A DNA stretch of 42,236 nucleotides from a virus, in IMG/VR virus record IMGVR_UViG_3300014201_000005, positions 1 through 42,236 of that record, one strand, 5' to 3'. The notes beneath the pieces are model-generated. The model ran no database searches and was not told the origin of the DNA. It was given only the letters and a program-made list of their open reading frames with translations. Positions within the stretch are counted from its first letter, which is position 1, and each line of letters begins with the position of its first letter. Both the position numbers and the translations under genes were made by a program. This document shows, piece after piece, positions 15,362 to 22,615 of the stretch.

Positions 15362-15484
15362 CTGGAACAAACGAGGAAAGTGTTTAGCGCTCTACCCGCT
15401 GAGCTACGGCGTAATTTCTACACCGGACGGACTCGAACCGCCGACCTCTTCATTACAAGTGAAGTAACTTTCCTCTACGCCAGA
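15362..15484 (-). ncRNA. Y-RNA-like module 1 with a tRNA-like domain (YrlA-type)
   Basis: The closing stem is CUGG/CCAG plus a perfect 9-bp helix GAGGAAAGU/ACUUUCCUC. It encloses a T arm (GGCGG-UUCGAGU-CCGUC), a capped acceptor hairpin (CGGUGUA-GAAAU-UACGCCG), a D arm (GCUC-AGCGGGUA-GAGC) and an anticodon-like hairpin (CUUCA-CUUGUAA-UGAAG). Confidence 0.7.
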
Positions 15485-15491
15485 CTATTTT

Positions 15492-15641
15492 CTATTCAAA
15501 AAACTTGTGAATCTTAAACTCTGTTAATCCACCAACAATAAAACCAATTGCAAAACCAATTCCTAAACTACCAAAACCTATCTCCATTAAAAATGATAAA
15601 TGCGTAACAATCGTATTAGGTGCTAATGTTGCAATTCCCAT
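15492..15641 (-). CDS. Possible small membrane protein (49 aa)
   Basis: Translated by hand. TAATG junction with the upstream gene. Gly/Ile/Phe-rich hydrophobic core. Confidence 0.35.
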   Translation of the reverse strand: MGIATLAPNTIVTHLSFLMEIGFGSLGIGFAIGFIVGGLTEFKIHKFFE

Positions 15642-15835
15642 TATTTACCATCCACTGTAATAGCGGCTGTATGCCCAAACGGTACAATTGTTAATAATTC
15701 GCCAGTATTGTTGCTTATTGTTAAGGGGGGTACGTTCTCCAATGCTGAGACTCTTTTTTCAATATTATTAATTTGGTGTATCAGTATATCGAGCGCATCT
15801 TCTAGCGGTGCCAAGACATATTTGAAGTCCGTCAT
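15641..15835 (-). CDS. Hypothetical protein (64 aa)
   Basis: AAGGAG lies upstream of the ATG. Confidence 0.55.
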   Translation of the reverse strand: MTDFKYVLAPLEDALDILIHQINNIEKRVSALENVPPLTISNNTGELLTIVPFGHTAAITVDGK

Positions 15836-15846
15836 TTAATTACTCC

Positions 15847-15963
15847 TTAACTGCGATAATAAGCAAAAGCTTCGTCAAATGTCTTAAATTGCGCAAGCAC
15901 TAACTCAACACACGTGCTTCGCACTTCCCATAAATGCGTCATACTATTATATTTTATCGTCAT
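15847..15963 (-). CDS. Possible small protein (38 aa)
   Basis: ATGA overlap with the upstream gene. It fills an otherwise empty gap. Confidence 0.3.
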   Translation of the reverse strand: MTIKYNSMTHLWEVRSTCVELVLAQFKTFDEAFAYYRS

Positions 15964-16169
15964 AATTGAACCTCGACGTCGTCAATGTATCCCAGATATA
16001 CCCATCTATAACGTTCAGCAATGGCGTTATATGATTTTTCTTCGTCTCTTATTCGAATAAATATTTTATCTTCTCTAATTCTATAGTTTCTTGCGCCATA
16101 TCTTCCACGCAATGAAAGTCTCAAGGGGCTATTTCTACTATAAGATGATAATTTACATAGGGTGGTCAT
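15960..16169 (-). CDS. Hypothetical basic protein (69 aa), first gene of the leftward accessory operon
   Basis: GGAGA lies 6 nt before the MTTLCK start. The track start at 16208 has no SD and abuts the leader U-run. Confidence 0.5.
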   Translation of the reverse strand: MTTLCKLSSYSRNSPLRLSLRGRYGARNYRIREDKIFIRIRDEEKSYNAIAERYRWVYLGYIDDVEVQL

Positions 16170-16210
16170 AATATTTCTCCAAGTGATTAAAAGTTTCCCA
16201 TATTTCATTT

Positions 16211-16257
16211 TAAAAAATGACTTTCCTCAATCCCTTCCCAGAAACTGAGGAAGTCAT
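16211..16257 (-). terminator. Leader intrinsic-terminator-like hairpin (candidate attenuator)
   Basis: Minus strand reads ATGACTTCCTCA, a 16-nt loop, TGAGGAAAGTCAT (12 bp, one bulge), then TTTTTT. It sits between the promoter at 16314-16342 and the first gene. Confidence 0.5.
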
Positions 16258-16313
16258 CAACACCGTTTTTATGAACTTATCTTGTTATTCATATTGCCGT
16301 TGTTATGGTCTAT

Positions 16314-16342
16314 AGTATCACCGATACGGTGGCATAAGTCAA
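16314..16342 (-). promoter_or_regulatory. Leftward accessory-operon promoter with an operator in the spacer
   Basis: Minus strand reads TTGACT (16342..16337), 17 nt, GATACT (16319..16314). CACCGATACGGTG at 16319..16331 is nearly identical to the operator at 5373..5385. Confidence 0.5.
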
Positions 16343-16360
16343 GCGGGATTTTCAATTATT

Positions 16361-16389
16361 TTGCAAATAGTTTTAAAAAGTTGTATAAA
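16361..16389 (+). promoter_or_regulatory. Rightward (late/structural operon) promoter
   Basis: TTGCAA, 17 nt, TATAAA. It lies 24 nt upstream of the first ATG. Confidence 0.5.
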
Positions 16390-16412
16390 TTCCACAATTT
16401 CAAGGGGTTAAC

Positions 16413-16643
16413 ATGCGTTGCAAATTATGTAATGGTGGCAAAAAAATTATTGGAATGGGTTGCATGGAGCAATCTTGTCCAGAATGTGACGGAAAAGGTG
16501 TTCAGCCAGAACAAAAAGAAGTAGCAAAAGAGGTTGAGATTGTTAAACCACCATATAAAAGGCCATCAAGAGCTAACAGTAACTTGCAATCACGCATCAA
16601 GAACGGTGAACCATTAAAAGTGGCATTACAAAATGCGAAATAA
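16413..16643 (+). CDS. Small protein with a DnaJ-type CxxCxGxG zinc finger
   Basis: CKLCNGGK and CPECDGKG motifs. AAGGGG SD. Confidence 0.55.
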   Translation: MRCKLCNGGKKIIGMGCMEQSCPECDGKGVQPEQKEVAKEVEIVKPPYKRPSRANSNLQSRIKNGEPLKVALQNAK

Positions 16644-16758
16644 ATTTAGTCCCAAAGGCTCACTAGGCAAAGGATGGGCGAGACCAATAAAACAAAATAA
16701 AATCGCTGAACAATTATTACGAAAGCAGTTGCATAAAATGTGGAATTTAATTAAATGA
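16633..16758 (+). CDS. Possible small basic protein (41 aa)
   Basis: It overlaps both neighbours (ATGA at its 3' end). Below the track threshold. Confidence 0.3.
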   Translation: MRNKFSPKGSLGKGWARPIKQNKIAEQLLRKQLHKMWNLIK

Positions 16759-16976
16759 CTGATACAATCTGGTCGACTGAGTTGTTTAAACATCGCAAAT
16801 TGAATGCTGAAGGTCATCAAAGAGTGTACGAATATATAATATTAGCCGAAACGATGTTGGAATTGATTCATGAGAATAAACCATCGCGCGATTTATCCTT
16901 AGCATTAACAAAACTAGAAGAAAGCGTAATGTGGTTTACGAAAGGTATTTCCGATATTAAGGAATTTCAGGAATAA
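16755..16976 (+). CDS. Hypothetical protein (73 aa)
   Basis: ORF upstream of terS. Confidence 0.5.
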   Translation: MTDTIWSTELFKHRKLNAEGHQRVYEYIILAETMLELIHENKPSRDLSLALTKLEESVMWFTKGISDIKEFQE

Positions 16977-16983
16977 AATATGT

Positions 16984-17457
16984 ATGCCATTAGACGAAAA
17001 CGGTTTAACTCCAAAACAAGCTAAATTTGTGGAAAACTATTTGACTAATGGATATAACGGCTCAAAGGCGGCAAGAGATGCAGGATATAGCAAAAGATCA
17101 GCTGCAGAGATAGCCCAAGAGAACTTAATGAAACCCCTGATAAGGTCATGTATGCGCGAAAGAATGCAAAAAGCAGCCGAAAAAGCAGGATTAACGCCAG
17201 AATTTCTAGCAGAGAAAATGCAATTAGGAATTAATGTTGCAGCAGATCATATAAAAACCACATATAAGAATAACAAAGGCAAAGTTACCCATACCGAATT
17301 TAATCACGATGCTGCAAATTCAATGCATAAATTATTAGGCGAAGCGCACAGAGTTCTAGATTTATACCCAGAAGAAAAGAAAGCAGCAGAATCAACTGTT
17401 AATGTGAATATGCAACCTGTTAAAGAAGAACTAGATAAGGCAAGGGGAAAGTTTTAA
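16984..17457 (+). CDS. terS: Terminase small subunit
   Basis: LTPKQAKFVENYLTNGYNGSKAARDAGYSKRSAAEIAQENLMKP is the Terminase_2-type HTH motif. Confidence 0.8.
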   Translation: MPLDENGLTPKQAKFVENYLTNGYNGSKAARDAGYSKRSAAEIAQENLMKPLIRSCMRERMQKAAEKAGLTPEFLAEKMQLGINVAADHIKTTYKNNKGKVTHTEFNHDAANSMHKLLGEAHRVLDLYPEEKKAAESTVNVNMQPVKEELDKARGKF

Positions 17458-17487
17458 TTAATTTATTAACCACTGGAGGAAATAGCA

Positions 17488-17634
17488 ATGCGTAAAGAAA
17501 TGAAAAAAGAAATGGGCAAGAAAACTTTTAGTTCACCTGCTAAACATAGCAAGAACTTAGGACAAACAGCATTTATGAAAGAGAGCAAAGAATCGCACAA
17601 TGGCAACATGGGCGGGAAGGGGAAGAAAAAATAA
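17488..17634 (+). CDS. Possible small lysine-rich protein (48 aa)
   Basis: GGAGGA lies 7 nt upstream. MRKEMKKEMGKK...GGKGKKK. Confidence 0.4.
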   Translation: MRKEMKKEMGKKTFSSPAKHSKNLGQTAFMKESKESHNGNMGGKGKKK

Positions 17635-17777
17635 TGGCACACATCGGACATTTTGCAAGTAAATCACGCAAGAGTGCAAAACCTATGAGGTTACAAGCTG
17701 GGCAAAAGGATGAAGGTTCTGCTAAGCCTAAAACTCACATGGTTAAACGAAAAGGTATGATGAAAAAAGGTAAGTAG
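17634..17777 (+). CDS. Possible small lysine-rich protein (47 aa)
   Basis: TAATG junction with the upstream ORF. MAHIGHFASKSRKSAKP...KRKGMMKKGK. Confidence 0.35.
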   Translation: MAHIGHFASKSRKSAKPMRLQAGQKDEGSAKPKTHMVKRKGMMKKGK

Positions 17778-17783
17778 AAATGT

Positions 17784-19358
17784 ATGCAGGTAACTTCTGA
17801 AGAACGAGACGAGATTCTAGGCTCACTACTCAAGTTCACCTGCGTATTTTATAAGTTATTAACGAATAGAGAATTTCTAATCTCGCGCCCAATTGGACGT
17901 GAGCCAATGCAGATCACAGTAGCTCGCGCTCTCATGGAGTGCGAAGATCATCAAGTTAATCGCAGACAAATACGCACTCCACCTAGATACGGCAAAACGA
18001 TCATGGCTGTTTGCTTTATTGCATGGACATTAGCCAGATGGCCTGATTGTAATAACATCTATGTTAGCTATGCGCATTCATTGGCTCGCAAGCACACTGG
18101 CCTCGTTAAAGAAATAATGATGCTGCCTCAATATCAGCATATGTTCGATGCCCGCATTAAGCGTGACGCGAGCGCTAAAGATAACTTCGAGACTGTACAA
18201 GGTGGCTCAGTGTATGCGGTAGGTTCAGGCGGTACGATTACAGGGCGTGGCGCAGGCATTCAAGGCTTGCCAGACGATTACAAAGCAGGCTTAAAGGATG
18301 TATCGCGTTATGGTGGTTGCATTCTCATAGACGATATTCATAAGCCTGACGAGGTTTTTAGCGATACTATTCGCCAAGGTATTTTAGAATGGTATTTCAA
18401 TACGTTATCAAGTCGCGTTAACTCACCGCATACGCCTATCATTGCTATATGGCAGATGTTGCATGAGGATGATCTAGGCTCGAATCTAGGCGAGGGAAAC
18501 AAGGATGTAGTACCTTGGGATGTGATATCGCTACCTGCGCTTGATGGGGCTGGGAATGCGCTAAATCCAGCCATGCATGATGTTGCTCGGCTAAAAGAAA
18601 TGCAGCTTAAGATGCCGTATGAGTATTCGTCTCAATATCAGCAAAAACCAACGCCAGCAGGTGGATCGGTATTTAAGCGTGAATGGTTCATGATATTGGA
18701 CAATGAGCCTGAGATTATTGCTACATTTGTCACGGCAGATACCGCGGAGACTGACAAGACTTGGAATGATCAAACTGTGTTCTCATTCTGGGGGCTGTAT
18801 CGCATCCAAGTTGCAGGCATGGACACCGAGTTGTATGGTTTGCATTGGTTATCGTGCGAAGCTGATTGGATTAATGCAGGTGATTTGCATAGTAGATTTA
18901 TGAGCTTTTATTCAGGCTGTATGCGTCATCCTATTAAACCGCGACATATTGCTATTGAAGCTAAGTCTACAGGCGTAACATTGCGCGAAACGTTAAAAGA
19001 TGTGCAAGGGTTGAATATATTAGAAGCTGAATGTTTAAAGCCTGGCGTGTCAAAAGCTGCTAGATTTATTAAATGTCAGCCAATAGTTACCGAAAAGTTG
19101 ATCTCATTTCCAGCCGATGCAAAACATGTTGAGCCATGCTTGAGTCATTTAGAAAAAATCACATTAATTGACTCGCATATGCTTGATGATATTGCAGACA
19201 CGATGGCAATTGCTATACAGATTGCGTTATTGGATAAAGTAATAGTGAATATGAATATATCAATTCCGAAGCAAAATAAAATGCTTGAGGAATTAATGGG
19301 CGGAATGAGAGCGGAACAAAAGGCGCGTAATATCGTACATGGCACATATCAGAGGTAA
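17784..19358 (+). CDS. terL: Terminase large subunit
   Basis: Walker A-like PPRYGKT, Walker B ILIDDIH, a C-terminal nuclease-like region, and position after terS. Confidence 0.85.
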   Translation: MQVTSEERDEILGSLLKFTCVFYKLLTNREFLISRPIGREPMQITVARALMECEDHQVNRRQIRTPPRYGKTIMAVCFIAWTLARWPDCNNIYVSYAHSLARKHTGLVKEIMMLPQYQHMFDARIKRDASAKDNFETVQGGSVYAVGSGGTITGRGAGIQGLPDDYKAGLKDVSRYGGCILIDDIHKPDEVFSDTIRQGILEWYFNTLSSRVNSPHTPIIAIWQMLHEDDLGSNLGEGNKDVVPWDVISLPALDGAGNALNPAMHDVARLKEMQLKMPYEYSSQYQQKPTPAGGSVFKREWFMILDNEPEIIATFVTADTAETDKTWNDQTVFSFWGLYRIQVAGMDTELYGLHWLSCEADWINAGDLHSRFMSFYSGCMRHPIKPRHIAIEAKSTGVTLRETLKDVQGLNILEAECLKPGVSKAARFIKCQPIVTEKLISFPADAKHVEPCLSHLEKITLIDSHMLDDIADTMAIAIQIALLDKVIVNMNISIPKQNKMLEELMGGMRAEQKARNIVHGTYQR

Positions 19359-19360
19359 TC

Positions 19361-21589
19361 ATGCAAAATCCAACTAGCAATGTAAGTTTCGACAATATTG
19401 ATCCCAATAAATTGAGCAAATTAGATGAATTAAAGGCATATGTAGTCGCGTGGCATAATTATTACAAGGACAATAACGATAGATTTCACGCACAACGCAG
19501 GTTTGTGTTCAAGTCATCCCTGAATGATCAGCAGAAGCAGGAATTGGAAAAGCTTGATCGCTTGCCGTTTGAATTTAACGTGCTTGAGGCATATTTATCT
19601 AGGCAGATAGGCGAGTTCGCAAAACAGGAACCTGGCTTTACTGTGCAACAAATGCCAGATAGCCAAAAGAACAATCCGCAATTACCTGAAATCATTGAAG
19701 GTCATTTCAAAGCTATTTTGTATAAGACAAAGAAAGATCAATTTGAGGAAAATACATTTTCGGATATTCAATCGGGTGGATTTTCAGCATTTAAAGTTGA
19801 TCACGAGTACGCATCGCCATATACATTTAATCAAGATATTACCTGGCGTAAATGCGTTGATCCTACGATGTGTGGCTGGGATGTATTAGCGAGATTGCCG
19901 CATAAAGGTGATGGTGAATTATGCTTTGAATTAGTGCCAATGACTAAAAAGATGCTTAAAGAACAATTCCCGAAAGCGAATATAAATAATATTACTTATA
20001 GAACATTGGGTGGCTTTAATTGGGGCTATAAGTATGGTTCGGAAGATATAATTTTAGTGTGTCGGATGTATCAGAAGCAGAAAAAGAAAAAATGGTTATT
20101 ATTCCTTGCGGATAATACTGCAATGTTAGAAGCTGATTATGCGGAATTATTAGTACGTTATGCAGACGAGAATCGCACAGAACAGCCGCCAATTGTTAAA
20201 TGGCGACGTAAAACAACTATTACGAAGATTAAAGAATATAAATTCATTGCAACAGATATTTTAGAGGAGAATGACACGATATTTACTGAGTTACCGATCA
20301 TATTTGTGAATGGTAATTCGAAATTATTGCGTGATGGTGGCGAAGGCTCAGAGATGATTGAGTTCACTCGTGCTGCATTTTATCAGGCAATGGATGCACA
20401 GAAGCTTAAGAATATTGCAGGTCAGGCATTAGCCAATGAATTAGAAATGCTCGTGCAGCATAAGTTTATTGCGCCACTGGAAGGCATACCGGAACAAGCG
20501 GGATATATTGAAGCATATAAAAAACCACAGAAAGCAGCGACATTGATTTATCGGGCATTTAAGGAAGATGGTATAACGCAGATTGAGCCACCACGAGAGA
20601 TTGTGCGTCCGCCAATTCCGCCAGAAGTTGCGGGAACATTTACGCAGACTGATCAGAATATCCAAAACATTTTGGGTGCATATAATCCGCAGCCTGAGAT
20701 GCCTAATCAATTATCTGGTGCTGCAATTGCGCAAGCTGCTATACAGTCAAGCGCAAGTGAAATGCCATACATTAATAATTACTTAGCCTCATTGAACCAA
20801 GCTGCGAAACTATCACTCGATATGTTCCCTAAGATTTACTATAACGCCAGATCGATTATGATAATTGATAAGGAGCAGAAACAAACCTGGGTACCTATTA
20901 ACGGGTTCGCCGGATCCGATCTCTCAATGAAGTACAAAGATTCGTCTATGGATGTCACGATCGAGGCTGGCGTTAATTTTGAGGTACAAAAGCAATTTGC
21001 TGTGCAGAATATGATACAGGTAGCGCAAGTTGTACCAGCTTTTGCACAGTTGCTTAATACTGGAGGCTTAATAGTATTGCTTGATAACTTAGACTTTAGA
21101 GGTGCAGATCAATTGCGCACAATGGCTGAACAGATGCAGAAGCAAGCACAGCAGAAGCAAGCTTCGCAGCCACAGCCTCCAGATCCTAATACCCTTAAGC
21201 AGATGGATATACAAATGCGCGCACAAACTGCGCAGCAGGAAATGCAGCAGAAGGCGCAAGTTGAGCATGGCAAACTACAGATTGAAGCTGGCAAGTTGAT
21301 GCTACAGAAACAAGAATTGGAAGTTGATAAGCTGAAGATTGCGCTAGAAGCTGAGAAAGCCAAAGTACAGGCTAAGATTGATACGCAGCGTGATCAGGAT
21401 GACAAGCAAGTTGAGCTTGCTAGATTGCATTTAGATGCTAGAGACATGGCGCATGACCATGCTGTAGAGACGCATAAGCAGCATATCGATGAGAAGCGAA
21501 TGCATCATGAGCATGTAATGAGCGAACGTGAACAGGATCATGCGGAAAAGGAAGTGAAGAAAGAGCCTAAGAAGGAGAACAAACAATGA
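19361..21589 (+). CDS. Portal protein with a long C-terminal Gln/Lys/Glu/His-rich helical extension
   Basis: 742 aa immediately after terL. The last roughly 150 aa are coiled-coil-like, resembling a P22-type barrel. Confidence 0.8.
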   Translation: MQNPTSNVSFDNIDPNKLSKLDELKAYVVAWHNYYKDNNDRFHAQRRFVFKSSLNDQQKQELEKLDRLPFEFNVLEAYLSRQIGEFAKQEPGFTVQQMPDSQKNNPQLPEIIEGHFKAILYKTKKDQFEENTFSDIQSGGFSAFKVDHEYASPYTFNQDITWRKCVDPTMCGWDVLARLPHKGDGELCFELVPMTKKMLKEQFPKANINNITYRTLGGFNWGYKYGSEDIILVCRMYQKQKKKKWLLFLADNTAMLEADYAELLVRYADENRTEQPPIVKWRRKTTITKIKEYKFIATDILEENDTIFTELPIIFVNGNSKLLRDGGEGSEMIEFTRAAFYQAMDAQKLKNIAGQALANELEMLVQHKFIAPLEGIPEQAGYIEAYKKPQKAATLIYRAFKEDGITQIEPPREIVRPPIPPEVAGTFTQTDQNIQNILGAYNPQPEMPNQLSGAAIAQAAIQSSASEMPYINNYLASLNQAAKLSLDMFPKIYYNARSIMIIDKEQKQTWVPINGFAGSDLSMKYKDSSMDVTIEAGVNFEVQKQFAVQNMIQVAQVVPAFAQLLNTGGLIVLLDNLDFRGADQLRTMAEQMQKQAQQKQASQPQPPDPNTLKQMDIQMRAQTAQQEMQQKAQVEHGKLQIEAGKLMLQKQELEVDKLKIALEAEKAKVQAKIDTQRDQDDKQVELARLHLDARDMAHDHAVETHKQHIDEKRMHHEHVMSEREQDHAEKEVKKEPKKENKQ

Positions 21590-21855
21590 TGAATAAAACT
21601 GATGAAGAGGTTAATAGAATAGTTTTAGGCGAGAAAGAAACCGTCAATCACCCAAAGCACTACAATACTCTTCCAGCAGTTTGCAGAGAATGTAATCTTA
21701 ATATTGAGTGCATAGATGTAGTGCGCCACATGAATTTCAATCTAGGAAATGCAATCAAATATATCTGGCGCGCTGATAGCAAAGGGAAGCGGCTTGAGGA
21801 TTTGCAAAAAGCCATATGGTATTTGAACGATGAAATTGGGAGATTAGAGAAATGA
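21586..21855 (+). CDS. DUF3310-family protein
   Basis: NHPKHYN...ECIDV...LGNAIKYIWRA...EDLQKAIWYL fits the DUF3310 pattern. Confidence 0.6.
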   Translation: MMNKTDEEVNRIVLGEKETVNHPKHYNTLPAVCRECNLNIECIDVVRHMNFNLGNAIKYIWRADSKGKRLEDLQKAIWYLNDEIGRLEK

Positions 21856-22187
21856 CAAATTTAGGCTGGGAATGTCCGAGGTGTCATAGATGCTATGCGC
21901 CTTATATGCCTGACTGCAGCCAATGCAATGCTCAGCCCACTAAACAAACCATGAAATACCCGTGGGAAACATACGAAGAATGGATTCTAAGGATGAGCGC
22001 CCATCTAAATACATCACAGTATGTGCCACCGCTTAACACGCATCTAAATACATCAAATGCATTACAAGAAGCTGGCGCTAACGCAGTTGCTGGGGGATTT
22101 CAACCTGATGTGTGGGGCGCTACCTTAGTTCACACTTCAGTTTTGGATTGTATGCCAAAAGAGTTTCGTGACAGCATCAATCTATAG
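21852..22187 (+). CDS. Hypothetical protein with an N-terminal CxxC...CxxC zinc motif
   Basis: CPRCHRC...CSQC. Its 3' end overlaps a tRNA-like fragment on the other strand. Confidence 0.45.
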   Translation: MTNLGWECPRCHRCYAPYMPDCSQCNAQPTKQTMKYPWETYEEWILRMSAHLNTSQYVPPLNTHLNTSNALQEAGANAVAGGFQPDVWGATLVHTSVLDCMPKEFRDSINL

Positions 22188-22226
22188 GATCAAAACCTAT
22201 TGTCCTACCATTAGACGACCCTTGAA

Positions 22227-22311
22227 TGGTGGGTAGGGTAGGATTCGAACCTACGAACCCAGAGGGAAAAGATTTACAGTCTCCGCGCTTTAACCGCTTG
22301 CATACCTACCC
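22227..22311 (-). tRNA. tRNA-Tyr (anticodon GTA), class II, CCA encoded
   Basis: Acceptor GGGTAGG/CCTACCC. 3-bp D stem. Anticodon arm GGAGA-CTGTAAA-TCTTT. 13-nt variable arm. T arm GTAGG-TTCGAAT-CCTAC. ACCA at the 3' end. Confidence 0.9.
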
Positions 22312-22318
22312 ATAACTT

Positions 22319-22358
22319 AAAAAAAAGCCCCAATGCTGGAGCCTACCAAGCATTGAGG
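22319..22358 (-). terminator. Intrinsic terminator on the minus strand, just upstream of tRNA-Tyr
   Basis: Minus strand reads CCTCAATGCT, an 11-nt loop, AGCATTGGGG, then TTTTTTTT. Confidence 0.55.
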
Positions 22359-22434
22359 CTAATCACGGAAAAATGAAAGTAAAACCGTGATGTCTTGCGC
22401 ACAACTAACATTTAAAGAGGAAACAATTATATGC
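22319..22434 (-). ncRNA. Candidate small RNA of about 115 nt, bounded by a promoter and a terminator
   Basis: It lies in a 300-nt ORF-free gap. It contains the hairpin TCACGG..CCGTGA plus the terminator hairpin. The only internal ORF is 22 codons and has no SD. Confidence 0.25.
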
Positions 22435-22440
22435 GGCGCT

Positions 22441-22470
22441 AATTTACCGCTGACCATCCTATTAAGTCAA
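22441..22470 (-). promoter_or_regulatory. Candidate minus-strand promoter
   Basis: TTGACT, 18 nt, TAAATT. The -10 is the same as in the early leftward promoter. Confidence 0.3.
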
Positions 22471-22615
22471 CCCCACATAATCTTGTCATAGCAAATTTAT
22501 TCATAAAGTCATTAAATCCGCCCTAGGTCACTCAACCGTTAAATGAGCGTCACCACGACGTTAACTGAGGTTTTGCTACCGTGACGGGGTCAACAGTCAA
22601 CAATAAGGGTATTAA

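Noticed and set aside
15421-15470. A conventional tRNA gene on the minus strand, suggested by the T arm and anticodon-like hairpin
   Set aside because: The 5' acceptor strand and D arm lie downstream of the T arm, so the order is permuted, and the acceptor is closed by a loop. It is part of the Y-RNA-like module, not a standard tRNA.
22141-22226. A second functional tRNA (Gln, UUG) downstream of tRNA-Tyr
   Set aside because: The D arm and anticodon arm are good, but I can find no T arm (no GTTCRANYC-like loop) and no complementary 3' acceptor strand. I treat it as a fragment.
22200-22320. The tRNA region as an attP site of an integrating prophage
   Set aside because: I recognise no integrase or excisionase anywhere in the genome. 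The tRNA is complete rather than a 3' fragment.
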